Shown here: piece after piece, positions 23,920 through 24,689 of the stretch
How positions within the stretch are numbered: position 1 is the first letter of the stretch
Layout of the letters: every line of letters starts with the position of its first letter
DNA from: Candidatus Limnocylindrales bacterium
GTDB taxonomy: Bacteria; Chloroflexota; Limnocylindria; Limnocylindrales; CSP1-4
Direction: 5' to 3'
Assembly (NCBI GenBank): GCA_046716225.1
Contig: JBKJXL010000028.1
Span: 1 to 24,689 of the forward strand
DNA: 24,689 bases
Made by a program: the position numbers and the translations under genes
Notes under the pieces: model-generated
Database searches by the model: none
Told to the model about the DNA's origin: nothing
Seen by the model: the letters and a program-made list of their open reading frames with translations, nothing else

Positions 23920-24689
23920 ATGTCAACCGCTCGCATGCGTGTCGCCGGGGCGCCGGTCTCGTTCGGTGTCGACGAGATCATGGTCGACGATGCCTGGATG
24001 CCGGGGCCGGAGGACGTGCTCGACTGGCTCGTGGACATCGGTGTCGAGGGCACGGAGCTGGGCCCCCCGGGCTATCTGGGCGACTCCGCGCAACTTAGGG
24101 AACGCCTCTCGTCTCGTGGGCTGGAACTCGTGGGATCCTTCCTGCCCCAGCATTTCAGCCGGAACGAGCTGGCCGAGACGGACCGCGCCTGGCTGTCCGA
24201 GAGCCTGAAGCTCGTCCGTGACGGTGCCCCCGACGGGTCGCGGCCGCTGGCAGTCCTGAGCGACCAGTTCGATGAGCCGGACCGCCGGGCGTTCTCGGGT
24301 CAGATCCAGTCGCATCCCGAGACGTGGCTGTCGCCCGACCGATTCGAGGCGCTGATCGCCAACCTCCACCGAGCCTCGGAACTGTGTCGCGCGGCGGGCT
24401 TCGAGGTCGTCCTCCATCCGCATGCCGGGACCTATGTCGAGACCGCCGATGAGATCGCCCGGGTGGTGGATCGGATCGACCCATCGCTGCTGGGGTTGTG
24501 TCTCGATACCGGCCACTTTCGGTTCGGCGGCGCTGACCCGACGCAGGCTGTGCACGACTATCACGAGATCATCCGCCACGTCCATCTCAAGGACTGCATG
24601 ACCCAGGTGATGGACGACGTCAAGGCCGATGGGCAGGGGCTCGAGGAGGCCCTCCGCCGGGGCGTGTTCTGCGAGCTCGGCAAGGGCGA
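23920..24689 (+). CDS. iolE: Myo-inosose-2 dehydratase-like TIM-barrel protein, truncated at the window end
   Basis: Not in the ORF track because it has no stop. My translation from ATG 23920: MSTARMRVAGAPVSFGVDE..GTELGPPGYLG..HPHAGTYVET..LCLDTGH..HVHLKD..FCELGKG, the pattern of actinobacterial-type inosose dehydratases. Confidence 0.72.
   Translation, partial: MSTARMRVAGAPVSFGVDEIMVDDAWMPGPEDVLDWLVDIGVEGTELGPPGYLGDSAQLRERLSSRGLELVGSFLPQHFSRNELAETDRAWLSESLKLVRDGAPDGSRPLAVLSDQFDEPDRRAFSGQIQSHPETWLSPDRFEALIANLHRASELCRAAGFEVVLHPHAGTYVETADEIARVVDRIDPSLLGLCLDTGHFRFGGADPTQAVHDYHEIIRHVHLKDCMTQVMDDVKADGQGLEEALRRGVFCELGKG

Noticed and set aside
1-24689. CRISPR arrays, rRNA, transposases, integrases
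   Set aside because: No regularly spaced repeats, rRNA signatures or recombinase motifs seen in the window.

Overview
High-GC window occupied almost entirely by one cyclitol (inositol-type) catabolic cluster with five transcription units. (A) Minus strand 6393->277: CehA/McbA-like metallohydrolase, iolH, iolG-like dehydrogenase, LLM/F420-type oxidoreductase, broken second iolG. (B) Plus 6473->11023: iolD1, split transketolase (2 genes), iolB. (C) Plus 11144->18526: DegT-family aminotransferase, LacI regulator, PotABCD-like ABC transporter, Zn-dependent dehydrogenase. (D) Minus 23759->18557: aldehyde dehydrogenase, iolD2, HpcH/HpaI aldolase, D-2-hydroxyacid dehydrogenase. (E) Plus 23920->end: iolE-like dehydratase, truncated by the window edge. 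The same 15-bp LacI-type operator (GCAATCGGTTGCGCA) occurs three times, at sigma70-like promoters that serve all five units, so the sequence itself defines one regulon. The canonical lower-pathway genes iolC, iolJ and iolA are not in the window. My main hypotheses (inference) are that this is an aminocyclitol/inosamine catabolic system and that it uses kinase-free lower routes, one via a transketolase with an altered active site. At the left edge, the 5' half of a tRNA-Arg(TCG) stops exactly at the end of the anticodon loop, suggesting an integration junction or an intron. All family assignments are from motif recognition, not database searches.
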